From the NCBI GenBank assembly GCA_964553885.1, contig CAZKLP010000001.1, positions 1-43,227 of the forward strand: a stretch of DNA of 43,227 nt. The letters are read 5' to 3'. Positions 23,588 to 34,043 of the stretch are shown here, piece after piece (within the stretch, counting starts at the first letter, position 1; every line of letters begins with the position of its first letter). Under the pieces are notes generated by a model that was given only the letters and a program-made list of their open reading frames with translations, was not told the origin of the DNA and made no database searches. This DNA is from an uncultured Candidatus Saccharibacteria bacterium. Lineage in GTDB: Bacteria > Patescibacteriota > Minisyncoccia > UBA10092. Position numbers and translations under genes: made by a program.

Positions 23588-25449
23588 AATTTTTTTACTT
23601 CTTCCCAAATTTTGGGATGCCCGTTAACTTTTAAATAATACCACCATTCGGCCCCCCATAAATAGTAATCATCAAAGTCCGCAGACTTGGCGTACTCTAT
23701 AGTGCTTTTAAAGAAATCAAGATCGAAAAATTTTAATTGCTCTTCTATCGGTGTTTCGTAAATTGATTTTGCCATCCACGGTTCGGCCGAGAGTTCAATA
23801 ACAATAAATTTTTTATCATGGTCATTTATCAAAAATCTGACTGCTTTTTCTTTCAAGATAAAAAATTCCGTGGGCAGATGATAATTAACTTGGCCAAAAT
23901 ATTTATTATATATCCGTCGGTACATCGTGGTGCCAAAAATATCTCCTTCTTTTGCCGCCTTCGGCCACCAGCCAATCTCGCCGCTTTCTGTAATTAAAAT
24001 CGGACGGCTCTTATCAAGAGATTTCATAAGCGATATTTCATTCTTAATGAAATTCTTTTCTCTTTTAGGGCATTCGCCGAACCTTAAAAACGGTTCATTT
24101 TCAACCTGCCATATTTTTATCGCTTTATTATTTTTGTAATGTTTAACAACTTCTGTTAGATATAATTTTAATTCTTTTTCTCTTTCTTTTTGAGAAAGCA
24201 TTTCAGCCCAATCAGGCATATGGCATTCCGGCCATCTCGGAACTTTCATTCCGATAGCGAGAATTATTTTTACATTCCTTTTTTGGGCCTCATTAATCTG
24301 CCAATCTAAATCGGAAAAATCAAATATATTTTTTTCTTTCTCTATATTATCCCAGTAAGCGATTAAGCGAATTCTATCAACTTTCAAATCATCAAGTATG
24401 GCTTTTAAATTTTCTTTCGGGTTAAGGCCGAGCTCTCGGCTGAATTTGCTTGAAAACGTAACGCCCCAATTAATCGTCCGATTAGAATTAACGGGCGGAA
24501 ATTGGCCAAATACTATTAAAAATAAACCAATGCCAATTAAAACCGCGGCAATAATTTTTTGCCACAAAACAATACCCTTTAATTCCTCTTTGAGAATATC
24601 GGGCCTCCAAAATGAAATCGCCGCGGCGAGTATTAAAACGAAAAATTGCCTTAAGCCCTCAAACGCGTTAACCAAGGTGGCACTCACCAGCGAAATGGCG
24701 AATTTAACCATTCCCGAACCTAAAATACTGAATGTTTTGTCGGAAAAAAATAAAAACGTGCTTCTTTTTTCAGCGTAAGTGTTTATCGCTAAAATTTTTT
24801 GTTTCTGCCTCGGCCAGAAAAATATTATCAGAGACGCAAATAAATAACCTATGCTAATCCAAAAGAATCCGCTGAAAAATCCCTGTAATTTAAAAGTTTC
24901 GCCGGCCAAAACTAAACCGATGGCAATAGATAAGGCGCTGGCAATTGTTAAAAACACGCTTCTTAAATCGAGCCGAAAATTGTTGCGTCTTTTTAAAAAA
25001 ATCAAAACTCCTCCCGAAACCAAAAAAACAAAAGCTAAGAGTTGAATCGCATTTAATCTTTCTCCAAGAAAAAAATATTTTAGGATAAAGGTAAAAAGTG
25101 GCATACTGCCGACAAACAGCGTCATTACCCGCGAAGCCTCGCTGCGATACAGGGCCAGATAAAACGGCCACAACCCAAAAATCAAAAAAATGCCGGAAAC
25201 AATACCAATTATGGCTTCATTGAAGCCATATTCTAAAAAGTTAAGCCAAATATTTAAAATTAAAGAAATAAAAAATACAACAAAGCCGCCTAAGCCGCTA
25301 TAAAAAGCGTAAACCGTCGGGTTAATGGGCTTACTGACCGAGCCGCTGACAGCAATTTTAGAAATAATACTTGATACGGCCGTAAATAAATTGCCTAAAA
25401 TTACGATTAAAATCCAGTTATTAAAGAAAAAGTTTATAAATTCTTTCAT
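23578..25449 (-). CDS. Fusion of a ~10-TM EamA/DMT-like domain and a clan GH-A glycoside hydrolase domain
   Basis: The N-terminal ~310 aa are polytopic. The C-terminal ~300 aa carry WQVENEP (acid/base NEP) and VIELSAEPW (candidate nucleophile Glu). Confidence 0.65.
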   Translation of the reverse strand: MKEFINFFFNNWILIVILGNLFTAVSSIISKIAVSGSVSKPINPTVYAFYSGLGGFVVFFISLILNIWLNFLEYGFNEAIIGIVSGIFLIFGLWPFYLALYRSEASRVMTLFVGSMPLFTFILKYFFLGERLNAIQLLAFVFLVSGGVLIFLKRRNNFRLDLRSVFLTIASALSIAIGLVLAGETFKLQGFFSGFFWISIGYLFASLIIFFWPRQKQKILAINTYAEKRSTFLFFSDKTFSILGSGMVKFAISLVSATLVNAFEGLRQFFVLILAAAISFWRPDILKEELKGIVLWQKIIAAVLIGIGLFLIVFGQFPPVNSNRTINWGVTFSSKFSRELGLNPKENLKAILDDLKVDRIRLIAYWDNIEKEKNIFDFSDLDWQINEAQKRNVKIILAIGMKVPRWPECHMPDWAEMLSQKEREKELKLYLTEVVKHYKNNKAIKIWQVENEPFLRFGECPKREKNFIKNEISLMKSLDKSRPILITESGEIGWWPKAAKEGDIFGTTMYRRIYNKYFGQVNYHLPTEFFILKEKAVRFLINDHDKKFIVIELSAEPWMAKSIYETPIEEQLKFFDLDFFKSTIEYAKSADFDDYYLWGAEWWYYLKVNGHPKIWEEVKKLWQ

Positions 25450-26678
25450 TTTGCTTCTTCTTTGGTTTCGTTAATACTATTGGTTTTCGCGATTTCCGCG
25501 TAAACTCGACTTGAAGACCGCGGTTTTCTCTCAAGCGTTTCGTAGTCAATTTCAACTAAGCCGAACCGCGGCCATAAACCCTTATCCCATTCAAAATTAT
25601 CCAGTAGCGACCAGTGAAAATACCCGCGTACATCAACGCCTTCGGAAATGGCTTTATGAATATTTTGAAGCGATTCTTTTATAAACCACTCGCGATTTTC
25701 GTCTTTGGCGTCCGCTAAACCGTTTTCGGTGATATAAACCGGTTTATTATATCTCTTTAAACATTTTAAAACATGATAAATCGCTTCCGGATAAAGCTCC
25801 CAGCCCATATCGGAAACTTTTCTGTTTTCATTTTGATTAAATTTAAAGTTGTTGATCCGATTATGAAAGTAATGATTCAAATAGATAAAATCTTGGTAAT
25901 TTTTTACTCTATTCAAAAAATAAAAATTCCACCACCAATCAATAAATTTCTTTAGTATTAGATTATGAAATTTATTTTTATACGCTTCAAAATAAATATT
26001 ATTTTTGGCAATGCCGACTTTGGCGCCAGGATTGATTTTTTTTATTATTTTATACAATTCACAGTGTGTTTTAACCAAATTCTTTATCACCGATAAGTAA
26101 GATATTAAATTTCTCTTTTGAGTCGGCCAGACTCCTTTAAGATAAGAATTTACCGCGTAAATTTCCGGTTCATTTAAAGTAATCCAGAATGTAATATCGT
26201 CTTTGAATTTTTTTACAACATATTCGCAAAATCGAACAAAATATTTTATATTGCCGATTTTTTTAAAACCGCCTTTTTTTACAAACCAAACCGGCATCGT
26301 CCAGTGCCAAAAAGTTACGAGTGGCTCAATCTCCCGTTCACGAAGCGCTAAGATAACTTTACGATAGTGTTCCACTTCTTTTTCGTCAAATTTTCCCTCC
26401 TCCGGTTCAATCCGCGACCATTCAATAGAAAAACGGTGAGCATTATGACCGAGTGATTTTGCGATATCAAAATCTTCTTCGTAGCGATTATAGTGATCAC
26501 AGGTTTTCCCTGAAATATAATTTTCCGGAGGATATTTTCCTCCGCTTTCTTTTGCTAATCGCTCGGCATTCGCATGCTCCCATTCCGTCCAGTCATTATG
26601 ATTATTGCCTTCAACCTGATGCGCCGAAGTGGCCGATCCCCATAAAAATCCTTTCGGAAATTTCAAAATTTTACTCAT
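25446..26678 (-). CDS. GH1 beta-glucosidase
   Basis: FLWGSATSAHQVEG, TLNEP, ITENG, W.L.DNFEW. Confidence 0.85.
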   Translation of the reverse strand: MSKILKFPKGFLWGSATSAHQVEGNNHNDWTEWEHANAERLAKESGGKYPPENYISGKTCDHYNRYEEDFDIAKSLGHNAHRFSIEWSRIEPEEGKFDEKEVEHYRKVILALREREIEPLVTFWHWTMPVWFVKKGGFKKIGNIKYFVRFCEYVVKKFKDDITFWITLNEPEIYAVNSYLKGVWPTQKRNLISYLSVIKNLVKTHCELYKIIKKINPGAKVGIAKNNIYFEAYKNKFHNLILKKFIDWWWNFYFLNRVKNYQDFIYLNHYFHNRINNFKFNQNENRKVSDMGWELYPEAIYHVLKCLKRYNKPVYITENGLADAKDENREWFIKESLQNIHKAISEGVDVRGYFHWSLLDNFEWDKGLWPRFGLVEIDYETLERKPRSSSRVYAEIAKTNSINETKEEAK

Positions 26679-27757
26679 TTATTTTGAATCAATTTTAAAT
26701 CAAAATTTAAATCCTGAAGCATTAAACTCCTTAAAAAGTCCCGGAAAATAGCGACGGTGTACTTGCCGGCAATATCCCCCGCCGTTATCCAGCTAATCAA
26801 ACCGACCAAACCTTTAGATTTTTGATTAATTAAAGCGCCGCCGGAAAAGCCATTAGTGGCATTGCTTTCCACAAGTAAAATTTGCGGTTCGGCGCTATTG
26901 TTTATATTAATATTTCCATAAATTTTTCCAGCGGTTGATGTAATTTGTCTGGCTAAGTGACTCGCGTCAACTCCATAACCCAACGTTATTAAGATGTCGT
27001 CATCTTTCGGCTGATAATTCCAATCAATCGGCAAAAAATTAAAAATACCGCTATTTTCTATAATTAGATAATCTTCAGCCGCCGCCAAGTCAAATCCCAA
27101 TAAAAGATTAATTTTAGATTCTTTGGCTACCTTGGAAATTATTTTTAAAATAGCAAAGTCATTATAATATTTATCTTTACTAAAATAATCGTTAAATTTT
27201 TCAATCAGCGGATAACTTATAACCTCGGCCGTGTAATAAATTTTCGGTTTTTGAGATCCTACATTGGGAAAAGAACTTTTTAAAATAAAACAGTTATTTT
27301 TAACTTTATCCGCATTTTCATTGTAAATCACATGACGGTTGGTAAGCACCTTGCCATTACCGTTAATTATTATCCCGGTGCCTCGTGAGATATCCGTAAA
27401 ATTAATTTCGTCGGCGCTAAGATTGCCGCAGTAAATCTGGATTATGGAACTATTTACCAGTTCTTCAAAACTTTTTGAGGAGACTTCTTTTGTTTCTTCA
27501 AAAACTTTATTTTCAACAGGATTTATTGTTACGGACTCCGAAATTTTTAATACCGGTTTTTGCAAATTAGTTTTAATAATATTTTCAGACGTTGTGTAAA
27601 TTTTTTGGAGATCTTCCAAATTTAACATAGAAGTAGAAATTTTAGGATCTGAATTTATCCCATTTTCGGACGATCGTCTGAAACTGGGATAAATGAAAAT
27701 TACCGCGCCAAGCGCGGCAGTAGCAATAATTATTAATTTTAAAATTTTAAGCATCAT
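26675..27757 (-). CDS. Membrane-anchored trypsin-like (S1) serine protease
   Basis: GTGIIINGNGKVLTNRHV (His), DFAILK (Asp), NGFSGGALIN (Ser). Confidence 0.7.
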   Translation of the reverse strand: MMLKILKLIIIATAALGAVIFIYPSFRRSSENGINSDPKISTSMLNLEDLQKIYTTSENIIKTNLQKPVLKISESVTINPVENKVFEETKEVSSKSFEELVNSSIIQIYCGNLSADEINFTDISRGTGIIINGNGKVLTNRHVIYNENADKVKNNCFILKSSFPNVGSQKPKIYYTAEVISYPLIEKFNDYFSKDKYYNDFAILKIISKVAKESKINLLLGFDLAAAEDYLIIENSGIFNFLPIDWNYQPKDDDILITLGYGVDASHLARQITSTAGKIYGNININNSAEPQILLVESNATNGFSGGALINQKSKGLVGLISWITAGDIAGKYTVAIFRDFLRSLMLQDLNFDLKLIQNK

Positions 27758-28850
27758 AGTATTTTAAACCTTCAAGCCCCGGCAATTTATTCCCGGCCAA
27801 AAATTGGAGCATGGCGCCGCCGCCGGTAGAAACATAGTTAAACCTGTCAAATGAGTTAATTTTTTCAACAAATGCTACTGTATCGCCGCCGCCAATAACA
27901 GAAAAGGCATTAGAACTTATGATTGCCTCGGCTATTTTTTTACTGCTATAAGAAAATTTTTCTATTTCCGATTTACCTAGGGGCCCATTCCAAATAATAA
28001 CTTTTGATTTTTTGATTATTTCCAAAAATTTTTCCGTGGCTTTTGGCCCTATATCAAGAATCATCTCATCGGATATTATATAATCTTCGGGAATAACTAA
28101 ATTATTATTTGAATTAATTAAATCTAAAGCATTGCCCGAAAATTTATCATCTGTTAAAGATTTCTTGATATCAATGCCACTGGCTTTGAGAAAAACATTG
28201 GCAACGGCGCCGCCAATTAAAATATTTTCGGCTTTATCTATAAAGTTTTTTATAACCGGAAATTTAGTGTCTATTTTGGCTCCGCCTATAATCAAAGTTT
28301 TTTCCTCTTTTGGAGAGTTTACGGCCTTATTTAGATTTTCAACTTCTTTTACAATTAAAAAACCGGCGTAAGAAGGCAAAAATTTTGTAATTGCCGAAAC
28401 TGAAGCGTGTTCGCGATGGCAGACTGCAAAAGCATCGTTTACATATATGTCAAAACTTAAGGCGATTTTTTTGGCAAATTTCGCGTCATTTTTTTCCTCG
28501 CCTTCGTATTGTCGGATATTATCTAACATAAAAATATCGCCCGATTTGGCACTTGCCAGAGTATTCGCGATCTTTTCTAAAAAGAAGTCGGAAATAAAAA
28601 TCAAACCACGGCCAAAGATTTTTTCTATTTGATCTAAAATCGGCTCAAAACTTTTTATTGCCGTAATATGGCTTAAAATTACGACAATAGCTCCGTTGTT
28701 TATTAGATAATTTATTGTTTCTTTAACGGCAGTAACGCGATAGAACTCGGAAATTTTTCCGTCATTGATCGGGACATTAAAATCAACTCTAAGTAAAACT
28801 TTCTTCCCGCGAAGATTGTTTTCTTTCAATTCGATAATTGATTTTATCAT
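27747..28850 (-). CDS. pgk: Phosphoglycerate kinase
   Basis: LRVDFNVP, SH..R, GGAKI.TK, STGGGA. Confidence 0.9.
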   Translation of the reverse strand: MIKSIIELKENNLRGKKVLLRVDFNVPINDGKISEFYRVTAVKETINYLINNGAIVVILSHITAIKSFEPILDQIEKIFGRGLIFISDFFLEKIANTLASAKSGDIFMLDNIRQYEGEEKNDAKFAKKIALSFDIYVNDAFAVCHREHASVSAITKFLPSYAGFLIVKEVENLNKAVNSPKEEKTLIIGGAKIDTKFPVIKNFIDKAENILIGGAVANVFLKASGIDIKKSLTDDKFSGNALDLINSNNNLVIPEDYIISDEMILDIGPKATEKFLEIIKKSKVIIWNGPLGKSEIEKFSYSSKKIAEAIISSNAFSVIGGGDTVAFVEKINSFDRFNYVSTGGGAMLQFLAGNKLPGLEGLKYYDA

Positions 28851-28905
28851 CTGGTTTAGAAATTATCCTCGATTCGCTTTGCGAATCTGGAGAAATTATA
28901 AATTT

Positions 28906-30231
28906 TTAATATAAATATCCCCACGTCTGGAGCTTGTCGCTATCTACCCCCCACTTGGAACCGATATCGGTGCGATAAAACATATTCTGCACCATTATAT
29001 TTTTAATGCGGATATATACTTGCTGACGCGCTTCGGTTACCGTTGATCCGGAACCGGTTATAACCAAAAGACAGCCTGAAGTCCCCGCGATTCTCCAAAC
29101 GCCGTCTTCTATTTTTACATCTTCAATGTGAATGCCTTCCAAATTATCCGGCTTCTTAAAAAGAATGGGCAAATCATGATACATTTCAATGGTCTCTTTA
29201 TCAATTGATTTAATGAGATGAGTCGGCACCATTATCCGAACGCCTACTTGAAAACCTTTTTTTGTTTTGAGTTCAAAATTTTCACCGCTCACCAATTTAT
29301 AGAGCCATTCACCGGCCAGCATTGTTATGCCCTCGGATTGGATTTGAATAGTCGGATAGCCGAATCGCGCCGTAAATTCTAACGGATAAATTCCCTTGCC
29401 GTTAACGATGCAATTAATGTCTATATAGCCGATGTAACCGGATTCAATTAAGGCCGGCAACATTTTATCAAGCGTCATTTTAAACAATTTGTTGGGCTCG
29501 CTCCAAAACATTAAAGTTCCCATCTCGCCCGTGAAAGGACCTATATCGCCGGAGAAAACTCTTTTATGCTCAAAGTTTACGTTAATCGGCAAAATAAATT
29601 CTTTTCCATTAAAGAATGCTCCTACAGCAATTTCCACGCCGGAAACAAATTTTTGCAGTTGAAAAACAGGCACTTTTTTTATCCAAAGTGTTTTATTTTG
29701 TTTTAAGAGCTCGAGTAAATCTTTGCCGTCTTCTTCCTGACCCAAAAAAGATAATTCCTTGCCGCTTGACGGCACATTGCCGCTCGGTTTAAAAACGTAT
29801 CTGTCGGGATTTTTTTCTATGAAAGCTATGGCCTCGTCGTAGTTCGTGAATTGCCATTGCGGCAGAATATTAATGCCGTATTTTTTCATTTCAGTTTGGC
29901 CAAAATCGCGATCCATTTCCAACTTGTCGGTATAAACGCTCCCGCCGATAACAAGTTTTCCGTTGCGGCGCAATTTATCGGCAATATCGCCAAACTCCAC
30001 ATCATCAAAAATAATAATATCGGCCCAATCTTTACTGGATTCCCAATTATCAACTTTATCAATAAAGCCATTATAAACATCGGCGTCGTTTTTGGCTTTT
30101 ATATATACCCTAACCTCGTGGCCCTCTTTTTTTAACTGCCACGCCAAATCGCCGCTCAAACTTTCAAGCGACACGAATAAAAACTTCTTCGGTTCAAAAA
30201 TTTTGCCGTTTCCATTTTGATTTTCATTCAT
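28906..30231 (-). CDS. PurD-like ATP-grasp protein (phosphoribosylamine-glycine ligase family)
   Basis: FEHKRVFSGDIGPFTGEMG resembles the PurD EHKR..DGD.GPNTGGMG signature. ATP-grasp layout. No other pur genes in the window. Confidence 0.6.
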   Translation of the reverse strand: MNENQNGNGKIFEPKKFLFVSLESLSGDLAWQLKKEGHEVRVYIKAKNDADVYNGFIDKVDNWESSKDWADIIIFDDVEFGDIADKLRRNGKLVIGGSVYTDKLEMDRDFGQTEMKKYGINILPQWQFTNYDEAIAFIEKNPDRYVFKPSGNVPSSGKELSFLGQEEDGKDLLELLKQNKTLWIKKVPVFQLQKFVSGVEIAVGAFFNGKEFILPINVNFEHKRVFSGDIGPFTGEMGTLMFWSEPNKLFKMTLDKMLPALIESGYIGYIDINCIVNGKGIYPLEFTARFGYPTIQIQSEGITMLAGEWLYKLVSGENFELKTKKGFQVGVRIMVPTHLIKSIDKETIEMYHDLPILFKKPDNLEGIHIEDVKIEDGVWRIAGTSGCLLVITGSGSTVTEARQQVYIRIKNIMVQNMFYRTDIGSKWGVDSDKLQTWGYLY

Positions 30232-30235
30232 AACA

Positions 30236-31447
30236 TTATTTTACAACTCTTTGTTTCTTTTGAAAAGAAATCGCGAACCTGTGGGCTTCGTTTCTGGTTT
30301 GTTGAAGAATTATTTTAGAAGAAATCAATAATTTTTTAACCGATGGTTTCACGTTTGTAAAAACCAATTTATCGCCGCCGTAAGCACGTCCGCTGTGCCC
30401 CAAAGTTTTGGCAATTCCGACAATAGGAACAAAAATATTAAGTTCTGACAAAACTTTTTTGGTTCGCGCGACCTGATTTTTTCCGCCGTCAATTAAAACA
30501 ATATCCGGCATCGGCCATTCTTTGTGATTGAAACGCCGTCTGATAATTTCCTCAAGCATAACCAAGTCATCAAAATTACTTTCAACGCTTTTTATCTTAA
30601 AAAGACGATACTCTCTGTTATCAGCTCTACCACCAGAAAAAACTACCATCGCGCCAACCGGTTCTTTCCCTCCAAAGTGTGAAATATCGTACCCTTCTAT
30701 TCTTTGCGGCGCCAAACTCAAAAATTTATTCGCCGTAATCAAAGCTACGTCTTCCATATGCTTTAACGCGAAAATCTTCTCCGGATTTTCCTTTTTCAGT
30801 TCTTTAAACAAACGCTTGTGTTCGCCTTTGAAAAAAAGCGTTAAGTTTCTTATATTCTTTTGGTAATCTTTTTTAGAAATCGCGCCAACACAAACTCCCG
30901 GGCATAAACCGATTTGATAATCAAAACAAGGTTTTCCTTGATTGGGTCGACAATTGCTAAATGGAAAAATCTTACGCGCTAAATTTAATGCCGTTTTAAG
31001 AATTCTATAACTTTGATACGGCCCAAAGACTAAACCGCCGCATATCTGTCCTCGAGGACTCATGTGCGGATAGATATATTTTTTAACTTCTCTTCCGCGG
31101 GCAATAAATATTTTCGGATAGTCGCCATTAGAAATCACAAGATAAACGAATGAACGATCGTCTTTTTCTTTAATATTGTATTTTGGCAAATATTTTTTAA
31201 TCGCGTTAGCTTCCAAAATAACCGCTTCAAGAACGCTATTGGTTTTTTTAAACGAAATATTATCGGCCTCGCGAACCATTTCAGAAATTCGCGGGTCTTT
31301 AACGCGAAAGTAACTTGAAATCCTTTTTTTAAGCGACCCGGCCTTCCCGACATAAATTCTTTTCCCATTTTTAGAAAACCAATAAATACCCGGACTATTC
31401 GGGAATTTCTTTGATTTTTTTAGTAATTTTTTTTTAACTTTATCCAT
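30236..31447 (-). CDS. uvrC: Excinuclease ABC subunit C, short form (403 aa)
   Basis: GIY-YIG (PGIYWF...YVGKA...), Cys-rich segment, RNase H-like endonuclease region (IEGYDISH...IDGGKNQ). I see no UVR motif and no C-terminal HhH. Confidence 0.8.
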   Translation of the reverse strand: MDKVKKKLLKKSKKFPNSPGIYWFSKNGKRIYVGKAGSLKKRISSYFRVKDPRISEMVREADNISFKKTNSVLEAVILEANAIKKYLPKYNIKEKDDRSFVYLVISNGDYPKIFIARGREVKKYIYPHMSPRGQICGGLVFGPYQSYRILKTALNLARKIFPFSNCRPNQGKPCFDYQIGLCPGVCVGAISKKDYQKNIRNLTLFFKGEHKRLFKELKKENPEKIFALKHMEDVALITANKFLSLAPQRIEGYDISHFGGKEPVGAMVVFSGGRADNREYRLFKIKSVESNFDDLVMLEEIIRRRFNHKEWPMPDIVLIDGGKNQVARTKKVLSELNIFVPIVGIAKTLGHSGRAYGGDKLVFTNVKPSVKKLLISSKIILQQTRNEAHRFAISFQKKQRVVK

Positions 31448-34028
31448 TCAAAACTTTTTTAAGATATTGGCCGGTGTATGAGTTTTTATTTTTCGCGACT
31501 TCTTCCGGCGTGCCGCAAGCGACAACTTTACCGCCTCTATTGCCTCCTTCCGGCCCCAAATCAATAACATAATCGGCGCACTTTATAACGTGCAGATTAT
31601 GTTCAATTACTACAACCGTATTGCCTCTTTTTATCAACTCATCTAAAACTTTCAAAAGCATTTTAATGTCTTCAAAATGAAGCCCTGTCGTCGGCTCATC
31701 CAAAAGAAAAAGAGATCGGCGGTTCATCGGGCGGGCTAAGTGCTTTGCCAGTTTAATTCTCTGCGCTTCGCCTCCGGAAAGCGTCGTTGCCGACTGTCCA
31801 AGCCGAATATATCCCAAACCCACCTGGTTTAAGACCTTTAACTTATCGGAAATCATATAAATATCTTCAAAAATATTAAGCGCTTCTTCAACGGTCAGGT
31901 TCAAAATATCGGAAATGTTTTTGTTTTTATACTTTACTTCAAGAGTTTCATTATTGAATCTTTTTCCGCGGCAGACGTCGCAGGTAACTAAAACCGGCGG
32001 CAAAAAGTGCATTTCAATCAGTTTATGGCCGGCGCCCTCGCAGGCCTCGCATCGGCCGCCCGGCCGGTTGAAAGAAAACCGCGAAATACCATAGCTTCTT
32101 TCTTTTGCTTCCGGAAGCGAGGCGAACAAGTCACGAATGGGCGAAAACACACCGGTGTAGGTCGCGGGATTGGAACGCGGCGTCCGGCCGATTGGCGATT
32201 GGTCTACTTCTATCACCCCATCAAGATATTCAAAACCTAAAACTTTCGCGACTCCTTCCGTTTCTCTATTAATATGATCAATTCCCCTTCTTGTGCCTTT
32301 CTTTAAAATATCAAAAACCAAGGTTGATTTTCCGCTTCCCGAAACGCCGGTAATGCAAACAAAACGCCTTAACGGAATATCAACATTTATGTTTTTTAAA
32401 TTATTGGCCGTCGCGCCGATTATTTTTATTTTCTCATTTGAGTTCTTTCTCCGAAGTTCCGGAATGGCAATTTTTTCCTCGCCTTTAAGATATTTTAATG
32501 TTAGTGAATTTCTTGCTGTCGTTGACCGCAAATCTGTCCTCGAGGACAGATTTGCGGTCGCTGGTTTTATTAAGTATGGTTTTTTCTTAGAAAGTATTTC
32601 CCATGTTTCTCCAGCAATAACCACTTCGCCGCCATGCCGTCCCGGCCCGGGGCCGAGATCAACAAAAAAATCCGATTCTCTTATTGTCCTTTCGTCATGC
32701 TCAACAACAATCACGGTATTGCCCAAATCGCGCAAATCTTTAAGAGTTTTTAAAAGTTTTTCGTTGTCCCTTTCGTGCAATCCTATGGTCGGCTCGTCTA
32801 AAACATAAAGCGTCCCCGAAAGTTTGGAACCGATTTGCGACGCGAGGCGGATTCTTTGCGACTCGCCGCCCGATAATGTCCCCGCTTCTCTGTTTAAAGC
32901 TATGTATTCAAGGCCGACTTCAAGCAAAAATCCCAGGCGGGAAATAATTTCTTTTATGACTACCTTGGCGATTTCTTTTTCGCTTGATTTTAACTTATCT
33001 TCGTATTCAACAAAAAATTCATACACTTTATCAATCGGCAAGCTCGTAATATCGTTTATATTTTTTCCGCCAACCTTGACCGAAAGCGTTTCTTTTTTAA
33101 GCCGCGTGCCGCGGCATTTGGGACACGGCGTGTCGCTATAAATAAATTCTCGGCCCAAGCCGTGGCAATTTTCACAAGCACCGTAAGGACTGTTAAAAGA
33201 AAACAGCCGGGGCTCAATTTCCGAAAACGCGAAATCATCTTTGGGACAAGACCATTTTGAAGACAAAAGAATTTCTTTACCCTGAGCCTTGTCGATGGGC
33301 TTGTCTTTTTCAAAAATAGCGCCGACCAATCCTTCGCCGTATTCAAGAGCCGTATCAAACGCTTCGGCAACCCGGGAAACATCATTTGGCAAAACCTTAT
33401 CAACCACCAAATCAATGTTGTGGGCTTTATAACGAGACAATTTTATGCGTTCGTGAAGCGAATGAAATTTGCCTCCAATTCTTACCTGTGAAAATCCATC
33501 ATTTAATAAATCATAAAGCAGTTGGTAATATTCGCCTTTGCGGCCGCGGACTATCGGCGCCAATATGGTAATGGGTTTTCCCTCAGCTAACTCAATAGTA
33601 GCGTCAACCATTTCTTGGGACGAAAGTTTTTTAATTTCGCCGCCGCAATTTGGACAAAACGGCTTTCCAAGCCGCGCGAATAAGACACGCATGTAATCAT
33701 AGATTTCGGTTAGCGTCGCCACCGTTGAACGCGGGTTATGCGAATGTCCTTTCTGGTCAATGGCAATAGCCGGAGAAAGGCCGGTGATTTCTTCAACGTC
33801 GGGCGCGTCCATTTGACCCAAAAATTGCCTCGCGTAAGGCGAAAGCGATTCCACGTAACGCCTTTGGCCTTCGGCAAAAATCGTGTCAAAGGCAAGCGAT
33901 GACTTGCCGCTTCCGGATACGCCGGTAAAAACTATTAATTTGTTTTTCGGTAGCTCAAGATCAATATTTTTCAGGTTATGTACCTTGGCTCCTTTTATTA
34001 TTATTTTATCATTCATATTTTTATCCAC
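31440..34028 (-). CDS. uvrA: Excinuclease ABC subunit A
   Basis: Two ABC modules (GVSGSGKSSL, GVSGSGKSTL), LSGGE.QR twice, zinc-finger Cys pairs. Confidence 0.95.
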   Translation of the reverse strand: MDKNMNDKIIIKGAKVHNLKNIDLELPKNKLIVFTGVSGSGKSSLAFDTIFAEGQRRYVESLSPYARQFLGQMDAPDVEEITGLSPAIAIDQKGHSHNPRSTVATLTEIYDYMRVLFARLGKPFCPNCGGEIKKLSSQEMVDATIELAEGKPITILAPIVRGRKGEYYQLLYDLLNDGFSQVRIGGKFHSLHERIKLSRYKAHNIDLVVDKVLPNDVSRVAEAFDTALEYGEGLVGAIFEKDKPIDKAQGKEILLSSKWSCPKDDFAFSEIEPRLFSFNSPYGACENCHGLGREFIYSDTPCPKCRGTRLKKETLSVKVGGKNINDITSLPIDKVYEFFVEYEDKLKSSEKEIAKVVIKEIISRLGFLLEVGLEYIALNREAGTLSGGESQRIRLASQIGSKLSGTLYVLDEPTIGLHERDNEKLLKTLKDLRDLGNTVIVVEHDERTIRESDFFVDLGPGPGRHGGEVVIAGETWEILSKKKPYLIKPATANLSSRTDLRSTTARNSLTLKYLKGEEKIAIPELRRKNSNEKIKIIGATANNLKNINVDIPLRRFVCITGVSGSGKSTLVFDILKKGTRRGIDHINRETEGVAKVLGFEYLDGVIEVDQSPIGRTPRSNPATYTGVFSPIRDLFASLPEAKERSYGISRFSFNRPGGRCEACEGAGHKLIEMHFLPPVLVTCDVCRGKRFNNETLEVKYKNKNISDILNLTVEEALNIFEDIYMISDKLKVLNQVGLGYIRLGQSATTLSGGEAQRIKLAKHLARPMNRRSLFLLDEPTTGLHFEDIKMLLKVLDELIKRGNTVVVIEHNLHVIKCADYVIDLGPEGGNRGGKVVACGTPEEVAKNKNSYTGQYLKKVLNG

Positions 34029-34043
34029 AACTTATCACCAAAA

